This document shows, one piece after another, positions 1 through 12,604 of a stretch of 64,000 nucleotides of DNA. The DNA lies in assembly GCA_951406725.2 (NCBI GenBank), contig OX597820.1, positions 119,536,001 through 119,600,000 of the forward strand, in the 5' to 3' direction. The first letter of the stretch is position 1, and every line of letters starts with the position of its first letter. The DNA comes from Octopus vulgaris (Eukaryota). The position numbers and the translations under genes were made by a program. Under the pieces are notes generated by a model. It saw only the letters and a list, made by a program, of their open reading frames with translations, was not told the DNA's origin and made no database searches.

Positions 1-670
1 AATACTCAAATACACACACACATACACAAACATATGCATGTGTAAACATGCATATATACATACATATATATATATATATATATGTGGGTGTGTGTGTGTA
101 TGTATATATGTATGTATATATATATAATATATATATATATATGTATATATATATATGTATATAAATATATATGTATATATGTATATATATGTGTATATAT
201 ATATATATGTATATATATATGTGTATATATATATGTATATATATATATGTGTGTGTGTGTGCGTGTGTATAAAAGGTGTGTGTGTGTGTGTGTATTTATA
301 AACACTATAAAACAAGAGGCAAGCTAAAACACTTACCTCGTAATATTGAAATATGTAATAGATAAAATAAACATGCAACTCAGGCAGACTCGAATAATTT
401 GCATTTATTTTTCTCTTGAGAGAGCAAATGTTTGAATGCTATGCAAATATTTAAACTGGTGCATATGTTGCACATCTCTTTATTCATTATTCACCCTCCC
501 CATCCCTTCCACCTCCTCTTTCTCTCCCTCTCTCCCTCTTTCTCCATATGTATGCGCGCGCCTATATGTATGTGCATTTGTGTGCGTGTGTATGTGTGTG
601 AGTCTCTGTGTAGATATTTTAAGTACTTAAATGCGTATATATATATATTTCAATATGCAAATACGCATGT

Positions 671-722
<52 letters not shown>

Positions 723-728
723 CGATTA

Positions 729-953
729 AGGCGGCAAGGTGGCAGAAACGTTAGCATGCCGGACGAAATACATAGCCGTATTTCGCCTGCCGCTACGTTC
801 TGAGTTCAAATTCCGTCGACTTTGCCTTTCGTTCTTTCGGAGTCGATAAATAAAGTACCAGTTTCGCACTGGAGTCGATGTAATCGACTTAATCCGTTTG
901 TCTGTCCTTGTTTGTCCCCTCTATGTTTAGCCCCTTGTGGACAGTAAAGAAAT
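729..953 (+). mobile_element. tRNA-derived SINE, family B (GGCGGCGAGCTGGCAGAAACGTTAGC head; GCCTTTCATCCTTTCGGGGTCGATAAA central block)
   Basis: Same sequence recurs at ~20582-21030(+), 21040-21183(-), 37945-38328(-), 39593-40210(-), 53418-53815(+); box B-like GAGTTCAAATTCC. Confidence 0.75.
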
Positions 954-1067
954 ATATATATATTTCAATATGCTAATATGCATGTCTACACACACACACA
1001 CACAAACACATATATATGTACAACGACTTATATACACTCACAGACACATACACACACATATATATAT

Positions 1068-1108
<41 letters not shown>

Positions 1109-1111
<3 letters not shown>

Positions 1112-1518
1112 TGGCTGTGTGGTAAGTAGCTTGCTTACCAACCACATGGTTCCGGGTTCAGTCCCACTGCGTGGCATCTTGGGCAAGTGTCTTCTGCTAT
1201 AGCCCCGGGCCGACCAATGCCTTGTGAGTGGATTTGGTAGACGGAAACTGAAAGAAGCCTGTCGTATATATGTATATATATGTATATATGTGTATGTGTG
1301 TGTGTTTGTTTGTGTGTGTGTTTGTCCCCCTAGCATTGCTTGACAACCGATGGTGGTGTGTTTACGTCCCCGTCACTTAGCGGATCGGCAAAAGATACCG
1401 ATAGAATAAGTACTGGGCTTATAAAGAATAAGTCCCGATTTGCTCGACTAAAGGCAGTGCTCCAGCATGGCCGCAGTCAAATGACTGAAACAGGTAAAAG
1501 AGTAAAGAGTAAAGAGTA
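1109..1518 (+). mobile_element. tRNA-derived CORE-like SINE, family A, with internal (TA)/(TG) microsatellite
   Basis: Head GAGTGGCTGTGTGGTAAG...GGTTCAGTCCC, CORE-like CTTGGGCAAGTG, tail ending in (AAAGAGT)n; more than 10 related copies or fragments in the window. Confidence 0.75.
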
Positions 1519-1846
1519 ATACATAAACACATACATACATATATATAAATATATATATATAAATATACACACACTCACACACACACATACGCAAATATAT
1601 ATACGTATGTGTGTGTGTGTGTGCGTGTGTGTATGCTTACACACATATGGACCTTGTGTAATTCCAGTTGCTCATGGGGTAGTAAACCCTAACTGAAGAT
1701 TTTGTGTTTCATCGCATGTGTCCCCTTGTGAATATAAGTTCAATGATAGCAATGTATTTTTGTTTTTTTGAGGATTCACAATATCGAAGACAATGGTGTT
1801 GGACAGAATATGAGTTTCCGATTGGTCAGTAGACGTGAATGCGATT

Positions 1847-1964
1847 GCTTACGGCCATATCACGTTGAAAGCACCGGTTCTCGTCCGATCACCGAAGTGA
1901 AGTAACGCCAAGCCTAGCCAGTACTTAGGCGGGTGACCGGTTGGGAGACCTAAGCGCACTAAGC
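1847..1964 (+). pseudogene. 5S rRNA-derived sequence (full length, diverged)
   Basis: GCTTACGGCCATATCACGTTGAAAGCACCGGTTCTCGTCCGATCACCGAAG...GGGTGACC...TAAGC matches metazoan 5S rRNA; 118 nt, terminal GCTTA/TAAGC helix, no oligo-T terminator. Confidence 0.9.
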
Positions 1965-1976
1965 GTAACACATTGC

Positions 1977-2274
1977 TGGAGGCACATGGCCTAGTGGTTA
2001 GAGCAGCGGACTCGTGTTCGAGGGACCGCGGGTTCAAATCTCAGACTGGACGATGTGTGTGTTTATGAGCGAAACACTTAAGCTCCACGCGGCTCCGGCA
2101 GAAGGTAATGGCGAAACTTCTGCTGACTCTTTCGCCACAACTTTCTCTCATTCTTTCCTCCTGCATCTTGCAGCTCACCTGCGATGGGGAACCTATACGC
2201 CAAGGAAACCGGGAAACCGGGAAACTGGCCCTTGTGAGCCAAGCATGGCTCGAGAAGGAACAAACAAAACAACA
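1977..2274 (+). mobile_element. tRNA(Arg)-like-headed SINE (octopus OR-like), tail type 1
   Basis: TGGCCTAGTGG box A, GGTTCAAATC box B; near-identical copy at 55730-56014; ends in (CAAA)-rich tail. Confidence 0.8.
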
Positions 2275-2662
2275 TGAATGCGATTAGTTAGTAGTCATGA
2301 TCCTGAATTTTGTACAATGACTTCTTCGAAAATAACACATTGGCAATACATGCAAGGGTACATAGTTTATTAAGAGCCAGTGCTCGCATCTGTACCATTT
2401 TTGTGTACATATGTAGACATTCACCAGAAAAAACATACACATGCACATGCGCAATAGCGCAGGCAGAGACTCGTGCACATCTAAATATATACTGTGGTGC
2501 ACATATATGACATTGATTCAAGTGTATATATATATATATATGCGCGTGTGATTGTGTGTGTGTGTGTGTGTCAATGTACAGAAAAGAGTAATTGAACAGA
2601 CAAGTGCGTTAAGAGAATAGACGTATATTACAATCATGTATATATATATATATTTATATATG

Positions 2663-2694
<32 letters not shown>

Positions 2695-2774
2695 TATTTA
2701 TATATATACAAACATATATTCGTAAATACACATTTACACAAAACAACGCATATATATATATATAGTATTGCCGT

Positions 2775-2920
2775 CAGTCACGTATGATTGAAGAAGCTTG
2801 CTTCCCAACAACATTGTTCTGGGTTCAGTCCCGTTGCATGACACATTGGGCAAGTGTCTTCTACCGACCAAAGCCTTGTGAGGGGATTTGGTAGACGGAA
2901 ACTGTAAGAACTCCGCGTAT
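2775..2920 (+). mobile_element. 5' half of family A SINE, split by insertions in its microsatellite
   Basis: Matches 1109-1265; matching 3' half lies at 15640-15815. Confidence 0.65.
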
Positions 2921-2927
2921 ATCTATC

Positions 2928-2978
<51 letters not shown>

Positions 2979-2981
<3 letters not shown>

Positions 2982-3180
2982 ACAATAGCATTAAGGAATG
3001 ACCCTGACAGGCCGTTCAACTCACTTGAAAGAGCAGCTAAACTCAAACCGCAAAATAGTAGTAATACTATTGTTGAATATATTATATAGTCTGTGACTAT
3101 TTCTACTTTCTCACTTGACCGCTGGGTGCAGAAAATTTTTCTTGAATTTTTCTTGAATTTTTTTGCTACCCTTATATTGA

Positions 3181-3184
<4 letters not shown>
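2979..3184. mobile_element. Short PLE-like fragment (inverted + direct piece) between (TA)n tracts
   Basis: Left end CAACAATAGCATTA is the near reverse complement of TAATACTATTGTTG at ~3061-3075; 21/24 match to the 559-bp unit (3018-3041 vs 41708-41731); ends with GGGT...ACCC hairpin. Confidence 0.45.
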
Positions 3185-3244
<60 letters not shown>

Positions 3245-3435
3245 ACAAAATTAGAGAATGGAGAAACATACTTAAATCAATAAAACATCAACTATCCGAT
3301 GATACTCAATCCATACTTTAATACACCATTACATAGGAGTAAAGGCAAAATATAAAATGAAATGAGATATACAGTAATAGTAAAAGTAAAAAGATAAAGA
3401 GATATAAGTAAAAAATTACAAATATAATATGCAAA

Positions 3436-3563
3436 TAAATCAAAACTGACAGCTGTTTCGGCAGTGAGGACAGTCGTACCTCATTTAACCTATAAGCCAT
3501 AAAGGCAGGTATAAATGAGGCATTAACAAAGATGCCCCACGGCCTCTTCAGAGAATTAAATTA
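3436..3563 (-). ncRNA. Type I hammerhead ribozyme in PLE terminal repeat
   Basis: Reverse complement of the motif at 9135-9262 (CUGAAGA ... GAAAC AGCU GUC). Confidence 0.75.
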
Positions 3564-3895
3564 AATTTGTTATAATAGTGAAAAATATTATATAATCATA
3601 TACATATAAATATAAAAATATAAAAATGTAAAATATAAAAACTTATACACCATAATGCTACACTTGTATAATATAATACACATTTGTACAAAAAGGAAGG
3701 TAACCAGAACAAAATAAAACAAAATATATAACAGTGTATATATAATATTAATAAGTACCGATATCATACATATTTAGCTAATAGTTTTTTTTAATAAAAA
3801 AAGGGCTAACACATATGGAGATGAAAAATAATAATAATTAAATCCGTGGTACAGTTCATAAAATTCTAAAGCTATAAAAGTTAATAAAAATTACT

Positions 3896-3929
<34 letters not shown>

Positions 3930-5658
3930 GTAATAATAATAAAAATAATAAAAATAGATACAGTTAAGTTAGTACCAAGTCCATCCTTCCAAGATCGAAA
4001 TAACTATGAGTTAAGAAATGCTGACCACTAGGTAAAGAAAATTTAGATTAATTCGATTGGCTATTGGTTTGAAATTTAAATCACAAAAGAAAATTATACG
4101 GTTGGTTAGTCAGGGAACGCCAATATTCACACACGCATCTACAGATCAATCGCACATAGATATATGTATATACATACACTTATACATATACATAATTATA
4201 AGCAACAGCTAACACTTAGATAAACAAATAGGGAAGCAACCATGCTAACACTAAGTCCTTCAAAATTATAACTGAGCCTCAATAACAAAAAAAGAACCAT
4301 CCATGCATTCTATAAAATATTTAATTAAGATATAAATATATTTTTAAATATCAGTATGTTACTAATTCAGATAATTATTTCATGGGTAACTTAAAATTTA
4401 TAACACCGGTTTGTTGCAGAGTAAACATACGGTTGTTAGGTTTATCGTAAGTTTGTTATGATTATAAGTACGCTAAATTATAAAATATAAAATATAAAAT
4501 ATATTAATTTAAATATTATAAATAAGTCACTTATTAACTTAATAAATATAGTGCCATAATATACCAGTTTAGGCAATAAAAAATAGAAGGGGAAGTATTA
4601 ATGTAAACGCTTATGAGAACATCACAGAAATTTTAAATAAATTTTATATTATAAAGACCTAAGATGAAAAGAGATAAAATAAATAAAAAGGAATAAATAC
4701 GAAGGAATAAATACGGTTATACACATAATTATAAGTACAAACTAGTATATATGTATTCATATATTATTAAAATTAAATAAAAATAAATGATAGATATGTA
4801 TGTATAAAACTACACCAGTATAAGTAAATAAGTAAAAAATAAATAGGTAACAAATTAAATGACTTGATATGTATGTAAACATCCACACTTAAATAGGCAA
4901 ATAAATAAATAAATAGAGGACTAGATGCAAATATTGATAATATTACAATAAAATGGGAAATAAATAAAAATAAATAAAGTGAATATATATATTTTATATT
5001 GTTGAAAGTAAATATGTATGGAAGGATAGTTTAAAGTACAGATCCAGAGGACTATAGATATAAACTAAATATATGAGGCTGGTAACAATTATAAAGCAAA
5101 ATGCATGTAAATGAGAAAATGAAAAAAATGAAAAAGGTTTATCAGTGAATAGCATAAGATACAAATTAAGGTGAGTACAAAAAGACCAAATATATAATAA
5201 AAACCTTCCAAATCAGCACATACAAAAAACCTATAATCTCAACCTAAACCCACCAAACTCACAAAAGGCTCTCATATATTACATATTATACAATATCATT
5301 ACATTATCCAGAGCTAGGTATCTAACCAAGATATACATATATACTATGCAATATACTATGCAATATTGGAAAACTTCAAAAATCACACATTACAAGGCAA
5401 ATACCAAAATGAATATGTTATTTTATGTCATATTGCATTTCTCTTAAAAAAAACAAACAAAAACCCACATACAAAAACCAAGAAACCAATAATACTAGAC
5501 ACATCCATTAATTATTATACAAATGTAGCTATAAAAATTATAAAATTATGAAATTTATAAATTGTATACTTTAGAATTATAGAAGACCACAGGTATATTT
5601 AGTTAAAGAAGGGAATTAAAAAATTGATAATAGTGGAAGTGCTAAGTTCTATTTGAAT

Positions 5659-8449
5659 CTAGAAAAAGAAGTTTTTCTCATTAATGTTGTTAATAATTTG
5701 CCGACCCGCTTTAATAATGAAGAAAATTTCATTAATACATAGAGAGCATTTTTTATTTTTTCCATTATACACAGGTGCTGAAGTTAGTATTTTCCAGTTT
5801 AATCTAAAATCTAAGTTCTTACTTTTAAGTTCCCAAATGTATGCACTTAGCCCTGTAGAGTACATTCTATTTTTATTCCTAAAAGTATATCTATGATAAT
5901 TCCATCTTTGTTTTATGCTATTCATAGTTGCCCCGATATACACCCTACTACTCAATTGTGTATCTACAGTGCATTGGTAAACTACCTCCTTCCTGAGGCA
6001 TTGATTACCAAATACACATTTATTTTTATTTCTGCAATTACAAAGATTAACAGAATGAGGAAATCTAAGATTGGACACCACCCCTATATTACTATTCACA
6101 TTATAAGTGTTACAATTGTTATCATCATCCAAACCCAAAATCAACGAATGAGTTAATTCCACATTATCGGCTATATTCCTATCACTAGTACTAGTATTGG
6201 TAGTAGTGGTATGATCTATTACATTTATATTATCTCTGACAGGTATGGTGCACTCATTATTAGTAAGGAGGTTGCTCCCATTTGTTCCAAGAAAACTTCT
6301 ATTCCTATTATTAATGAAGAGGGGCAAGTTTTCCTGGTCTAAATTCAATTTTCTATCCTTATAGAAGTGATCCAGTTTCTTGTTATTAAAAGAGGAGATG
6401 ATGGTGGCTAGATTATGAGTAATGCTATATCCCACTCTAACAGTACCGTTGTTAATTAAAGGACTAAATTTATTCCTATCCTTACCAAAATGCCTAAAAA
6501 TAACATTATGCAACGCTCTCACTATGTTTGTTTTAATCTGCATTGCATACGGGATAATCAACCAAAGAGTATCCTTATCAGAATTAGGATTGCCTATAGA
6601 ATTAATGTTATTTGTAAAAATCCTATTCGTAGACCAACTCATAGGATTACTATTCTTACCACTGTCATTGTTATATCTATCTATATCAATATTACCATGG
6701 TTATTGCGCAAGTAAACTATACCATTATCATGTCTCGTATATTATTATTAGTATTACTACTATTACCCGTATGTTTAGATCTATTTGAGCTACCATTCAC
6801 CTTTCCAAGGTTAACGTCACTTCCACATTTATTATAGGTGTTATCATATATTCTATTTTTACTATTCTTATGTATATTGTTGATTATCCTAAATCTATTT
6901 GTGTTGTTCCTGATAGTTCTACCTCCATTAGGGGGGTTCCCCTTAGGTATAAACCAAATCTTACTTTTATATCCTGCCTTAAGTAATGCTGCATTGTATC
7001 TATCACAGTGTTTGTTAAAAATTTCCTCGTTTGAGGATAAACTAGAAATTCTTTGACTAATGCTACGCACTAGTGCATTTTTAATTTGAGGGGGGTGATT
7101 ACTAGAACGGTTAATGTATATTAGGTTAGAATTAGGTTTAATATAGGGTTCATGTAAACCATTAGTAATGTTACAATTAACATCTAAATAATTAGCAGAA
7201 TAATTTTCACTTTCAATGATAATGGATAGGCCGAAGCTTTTAAAAATTTGTTTATTCTTTTTTTCAGAAGATCCAATCTCCTATTTGATGTATTCCTAAC
7301 ACAAAATAAGGCGTCATCCCTGTATAATCCGCCTTTTAATTCAGGGAATTCCCTACTAAAGTTATCTAATAGATACATCCCAACTAGATCAGTCACCTCC
7401 GCTGAGTCCGGTGATCCCATTGTGATATCGAACAAGTTGGGTGTGTCCTTTCTAGCCCAAAGTTTATTATCAAACTCTATTAAAGTTTTCCTGGCTGTTA
7501 GTATAACCTTAATCTCCCCCATACTTAATTTAGTGTGTTTTCTAGCAAAAATTAAGGACTTATTTAATATAATAGGGTTAATTGAAGTGTAATAATTCTG
7601 TATATCGAATTGTATAAATTTATTTCTATTATAGCTAAAGTTGTTACTGTCACAGACCTTAATGGCAGAAAACCAATCCAAAGCACCCTGAGTATTCTTC
7701 CAAAGGTTTAGTTTGATTTTATTGCGGATGGTGGGTAGATATTTATCTAGAATGAGTTTACTTAGTCTGCCTAAGTCAGATTTAGTGGGGCAAATTAATC
7801 TGACCTGTGTGTTTCCAAGAAAATTCTCTTTATGATCCTTTAGTGTAATTCTCGGTCTGGATGGGGTGTAGGGTTCCGTTTTTTCTTCTAGGTAGTAGTC
7901 AAATATGATTTCTCTGATCTCCAGGTTCAGCTTTCTAAGTGTACTAGAAGGTACTACTTTGTATTTCTTGGTTATTTCCTTGTGTAGAAGATCATGATAT
8001 GCAGTAATGTCAATGTTGTAGATGTTGTTAGTTTTGTCAGAATGTGTTAGAATGCCGCTCTTACCTTTGAGAGTTCTAATTAAGTCTTTCAATTCTCTTT
8101 GGTGTGGGTTATATCTTAAAGGATGATTTCTAAATTTTATGTTTTTTACAGTCTCCCATAGTTCTTGTTCAAAATAGTCTAGATGTATATTTGGTGGAGG
8201 AGACTTTCTAGATTTAAATGTAGTGCTTGTTAGTTTTAATATTTCTTCATAGGTGCTTCCAATTCCATTACGGATCGTTTCTCCAGTGTGTTGTTGGTTT
8301 ATTTTATTATTATAGTTCTCATGGTGGAAAATCCTCCATCTGATCCTATGGATGAATTCATTCATTCTATAAATTAGTTCTTTAGTGTAATGGTCTTTGG
8401 TAGGGATAGGTACATCCTTCATTGATGAATTGATCAGTATTTTCTCCAT
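5659..8449 (-). pseudogene. PLE reverse transcriptase + GIY-YIG endonuclease ORF, disrupted
   Basis: ORF pieces 7184-8470, 6717-7070, 5659-6711; 1-nt homopolymer deletion at ~7243, 16-nt deletion at ~6735 and ~26-nt deletion at ~5665 relative to the + copy. Confidence 0.88.
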
Positions 8450-8853
8450 TCTTCTAGCAGTAATGATCAAAGGAACAAATATACTACACTAGGGTGTATT
8501 CACATGCACTATTAATATTTAAATCAATAAATGGATGCTTATATTACACCAGTATGAGCAGGTTCCTCAAAAGATAAATTTAGGTTATAAAATGAGATAG
8601 GGGTTGAAAATTCAACCCACCATGGGATAATATATATCCAATATACTGCTAGATAGGTACCCAACAAAATTAATACATAGATGTTAGAAATTGTCAAGCA
8701 ATCAGTTCATCTATTGTATTAAATGGGTAAGGGTAATAATATTACCGTAAATTAATACTACAAAATTAGAGAATGGAGAAACATACTTAAATCAATAAAA
8801 CATCAACTATCCGATGATACTCAATCCATACTTTAATACACCATTACATAGGA

Positions 8854-9628
8854 GATTTAATTATTATTATTTTTCATCTCCATATGTGTTAGCCCTTTTT
8901 TTATTAAAAAAAACTATTAGCTAAATATGTATGATATCGGTACTTATTAATATTATATATACACTGTTATATATTTTGTTTTATTTTGTTCTGGTTACCT
9001 TCCTTTTTGTACAAATGTGTATTATATTATACAAGTGTAGCATTATGGTGTATAAGTTTTTATATTTTACATTTTTATATTTTTATATTTATATGTATAT
9101 GATTATATAATATTTTTCACTATTATAACAAATTTAATTTAATTCTCTGAAGAGGCCGTGGGGCATCTTTGTTAATGCCTCATTTATACCTGCCTTTATG
9201 GCTTATAGGTTAAATGAGGTACGACTGTCCTCACTGCCGAAACAGCTGTCAGTTTTGATTTATTTGCATATTATATTTGTAATTTTTTACTTATATCTCT
9301 TTATCTTTTTACTTTTACTATTACTGTATATCTCATTTCATTTTATATTTTGCCTTTACTCCTATGTAATGGTGTATTAAAGTATGGATTGAGTATCATC
9401 GGATAGTTGATGTTTTATTGATTTAAGTATGTTTCTCCATTCTCTAATTTTGTAGTATTAATTTACGGTAATATTATTACCCTTACCCATTTAATACAAT
9501 AGATGAACTGATTGCTTGACAATTTCTAACATCTATGTATTAATTTTGTTGGGTACCTATCTAGCAGTATATTGGATATATATTATCCCATGGTGGGTTG
9601 AATTTTCAACCCCTATCTCATTTTATAA
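8854..9628 (+). repeat. 5' pseudo-LTR (partial tandem copy of the element 3' end)
   Basis: Near-identical to 14411-15186. Confidence 0.92.
9135..9262 (+). ncRNA. Type I hammerhead ribozyme with extended stem II
   Basis: CUGAAGA 9147-9153; stem II GGCCGUGGGG/CCUCACUGCC enclosing a second hairpin; GAAA 9239-9242; palindromic CAGCUG stem III; GUC cleavage triplet 9248-9250. Confidence 0.8.
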
Positions 9629-9763
9629 CCTAAATTTATCTTTTGAGGAACCTGCTCATACTGGTGTAATATAAGCATCCATTTATTGATTTAAATATTA
9701 ATAGTGCATGTGAATACACCCTAGTGTAGTATATTTGTTCCTTTGATCATTACTGCTAGAAGA

Positions 9764-12604
9764 ATGGAGAAAATACTGATCAATTCATCAATGAAGGATG
9801 TACCTATCCCTACCAAAGACCATTACACTAAAGAACTAATTTATAGAATGAATGAATTCATCCATAGGATCAGATGGAGGATTTTCCACCATGAGAACTA
9901 TAATAATAAAATAAACCAACAACACACTGGAGAAACGATCCGTAATGGAATTGGAAGCACCTATGAAGAAATATTAAAACTAACAAGCACTACATTTAAA
10001 TCTAGAAAGTCTCCTCCACCAAATATACATCTAGACTATTTTGAACAAGAACTATGGGAGACTGTAAAAAACATAAAATTTAGAAATCATCCTTTAAGAT
10101 ATAACCCACACCAAAGAGAATTGAAAGACTTAATTAGAACTCTCAAAGGTAAGAGCGGCATTCTAACACATTCTGACAAAACTAACAACATCTACAACAT
10201 TGACATTACTGCATATCATGATCTTCTACACAAGGAAATAACCAAGAAATACAAAGTAGTACCTTCTAGTACACTTAGAAAGCTGAACCTGGAGATCAGA
10301 GAAATCATATTTGACTACTACCTAGAAGAAAAAACGGAACCCTACACCCCATCCAGACCGAGAATTACACTAAAGGATCATAAAGAGAATTTTCTTGGAA
10401 ACACACAGGTCAGATTAATTTGCCCCACTAAATCTGACTTAGGCAGACTAAGTAAACTCATTCTAGATAAATATCTACCCACCATCCGCAATAAAATCAA
10501 ACTAAACCTTTGGAAGAATACTCAGGGTGCTTTGGATTGGTTTTCTGCCATTAAGGTCTGTGACAGTAACAACTTTAGCTATAATAGAAATAAATTTATA
10601 CAATTCGATATACAGAATTATTACACTTCAATTAACCCTATTATATTAAATAAGTCCTTAATTTTTGCTAGAAAACACACTAAATTAAGTATGGGGGAGA
10701 TTAAGGTTATACTAACAGCCAGGAAAACTTTAATAGAGTTTGATAATAAACTTTGGGCTAGAAAGGACACACCCAACTTGTTCGATATCACAATGGGATC
10801 ACCGGACTCAGCGGAGGTGACTGATCTAGTTGGGATGTATCTATTAGATAACTTTAGTAGGGAATTCCCTGAATTAAAAGGCGGATTATACAGGGATGAC
10901 GCCTTATTTTGTGTTAGGAATACATCAAATAGGAGATTGGATCTTCTGAAAAAAGAATAAACAAATTTTTTAAAAGCTTCGGCCTATCCATTATCATTGA
11001 AAGTGAAAATTATTTTGCTAATTATTTAGATGTTAATTGTAACATTACTAATGGTTTACATGAACCCTATATTAAACCTAATTCTAACCTAATATACATT
11101 AACCGTTCTAGTAATCACCCCCTCAAATTAAAAATGCACTAGTGCGTAGCATTAGTCAAAGAATTTCTAGTTTATCCTCAAACGAGGAAATTTTTAACAA
11201 ACACTGTGATAGATACAATGCAGCATTACTTAAGGCAGGATATAAAAGTAAGATTTGGTTTATACCTAAGGGGAACCCCCTAATGGAGGTAGAACTATCA
11301 GGAACAACACAAATAGATTTAGGATAATCAACAATATACATAAGAATAGTAAAAATAGAATATATGATAACACCTATAATAAATGTGGAAGTGACGTTAA
11401 CCTTGGAAAGGTGAATGGTAGCTCAAATAGATCTAAACATACGGGTAATAGTAGTAATACTAATAATAATATACGAATTAAAACTTATGGTAGACATGAT
11501 AATGGTATAGTTTACTTGCGCAATAACCATGGTAATATTGATATAGATAGATATAACAATGACAGTGGTAAGAATAGTAATCCTATGAGTTGGTCTACGA
11601 ATAGGATTTTTACAAATAACATTAATTCTATAGGCAATCCTAATTCTGATAAGGATACTCTTTGGTTGATTATCCCGTATGCAATGCAGATTAAAACAAA
11701 CATAGTGAGAGCGTTGCATAATGTTATTTTTAGGCATTTTGGTAAGGATAGGAATAAATTTAGTCCTTTAATTAACAACGGTACTGTTAGAGTGGGATAT
11801 AGCATTACTCATAATCTAGCCACCATCATCTCCTCTTTTAATAACAAGAAACTGGATCACTTCTATAAGGATAGAAAATTGAATTTAGACCAGGAAAACT
11901 TGCCCCTCTTCATTAATAATAGGAATAGAAGTTTTCTTGGAACAAATGGGAGCAACCTCCTTACTAATAATGAGTGCACCATACCTGTCAGAGATAATAT
12001 AAATGTAATAGATCATACCACTACTACCAATACTAGTACTAGTGATAGGAATATAGCCGATAATGTGGAATTAACTCATTCGTTGATTTTGGGTTTGGAT
12101 GATGATAACAATTGTAACACTTATAATGTGAATAGTAATATAGGGGTGGTGTCCAATCTTAGATTTCCTCATTCTGTTAATCTTTGTAATTGCAGAAATA
12201 AAAATAAATGTGTATTTGGTAATCAATGCCTCAGGAAGGAGGTAGTTTACCAATGCACTGTAGATACACAATTGAGTAGTAGGGTGTATATCGGGGCAAC
12301 TATGAATAGCATAAAACAAAGATGGAATTATCATAGATATACTTTTAGGAATAAAAATAGAATGTACTCTACAGGGCTAAGTGCATACATTTGGGAACTT
12401 AAAAGTAAGAACTTAGATTTTAGATTAAACTGGAAAATACTAACTTCAGCACCTGTGTATAATGGAAAAAATAAAAAATGCTCTCTATGTATTAATGAAA
12501 TTTTCTTCATTATTAAAGCGGGTCGGCAAATTATTAACAACATTAATGAGAAAAACTTCTTTTGTATTCATAGGCTACCGTTCACCTTTTCTAGATTCAA
12601 ATAG
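9764..12604 (+). CDS. PLE RT + C-terminal GIY-YIG endonuclease (~947 aa after correcting three 1-nt homopolymer deletions)
   Basis: RT motifs FIQFDIQNYYTSI, TMGSPDSAEVTDLVG, GLYRDDAL; endonuclease CNC-x5-C..C..VVY..YIG..R..H, CxxC, CxH; frameshifts at ~10950, ~11118, ~11277 are absent from the - copy. Confidence 0.88.

Larger units (their letters stand above)
3245..8854 (-). mobile_element. Penelope-like retroelement (Naiad-like), inverted copy
   Basis: Reverse complement of 9359-15011; encodes the same RT and GIY-YIG; ~95-bp terminal redundancy (3245-3339 = 8760-8854). Confidence 0.93.

Noticed and set aside
6-327. The many YI/IY/HT/VC-repeat ORFs here and throughout the window
   Set aside because: Translations of (TA)n, (CA)n and (TATG)n microsatellites that lack stops by composition.
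1977-2055. Functional tRNA genes at SINE heads (also 55081, 55733, 58013)
   Set aside because: No proper acceptor stem; they continue into repeated SINE bodies with TSDs.
9198-9380. 60-aa hydrophobic ORF repeated three times
   Set aside because: Overlaps the HHR and a T-rich tract of the pseudo-LTR; hydrophobicity follows from base composition.
12180-12604. Selenoprotein-type Naiad
   Set aside because: All conserved endonuclease cysteines are TGT/TGC; no in-frame TGA is needed to rebuild the ORF.
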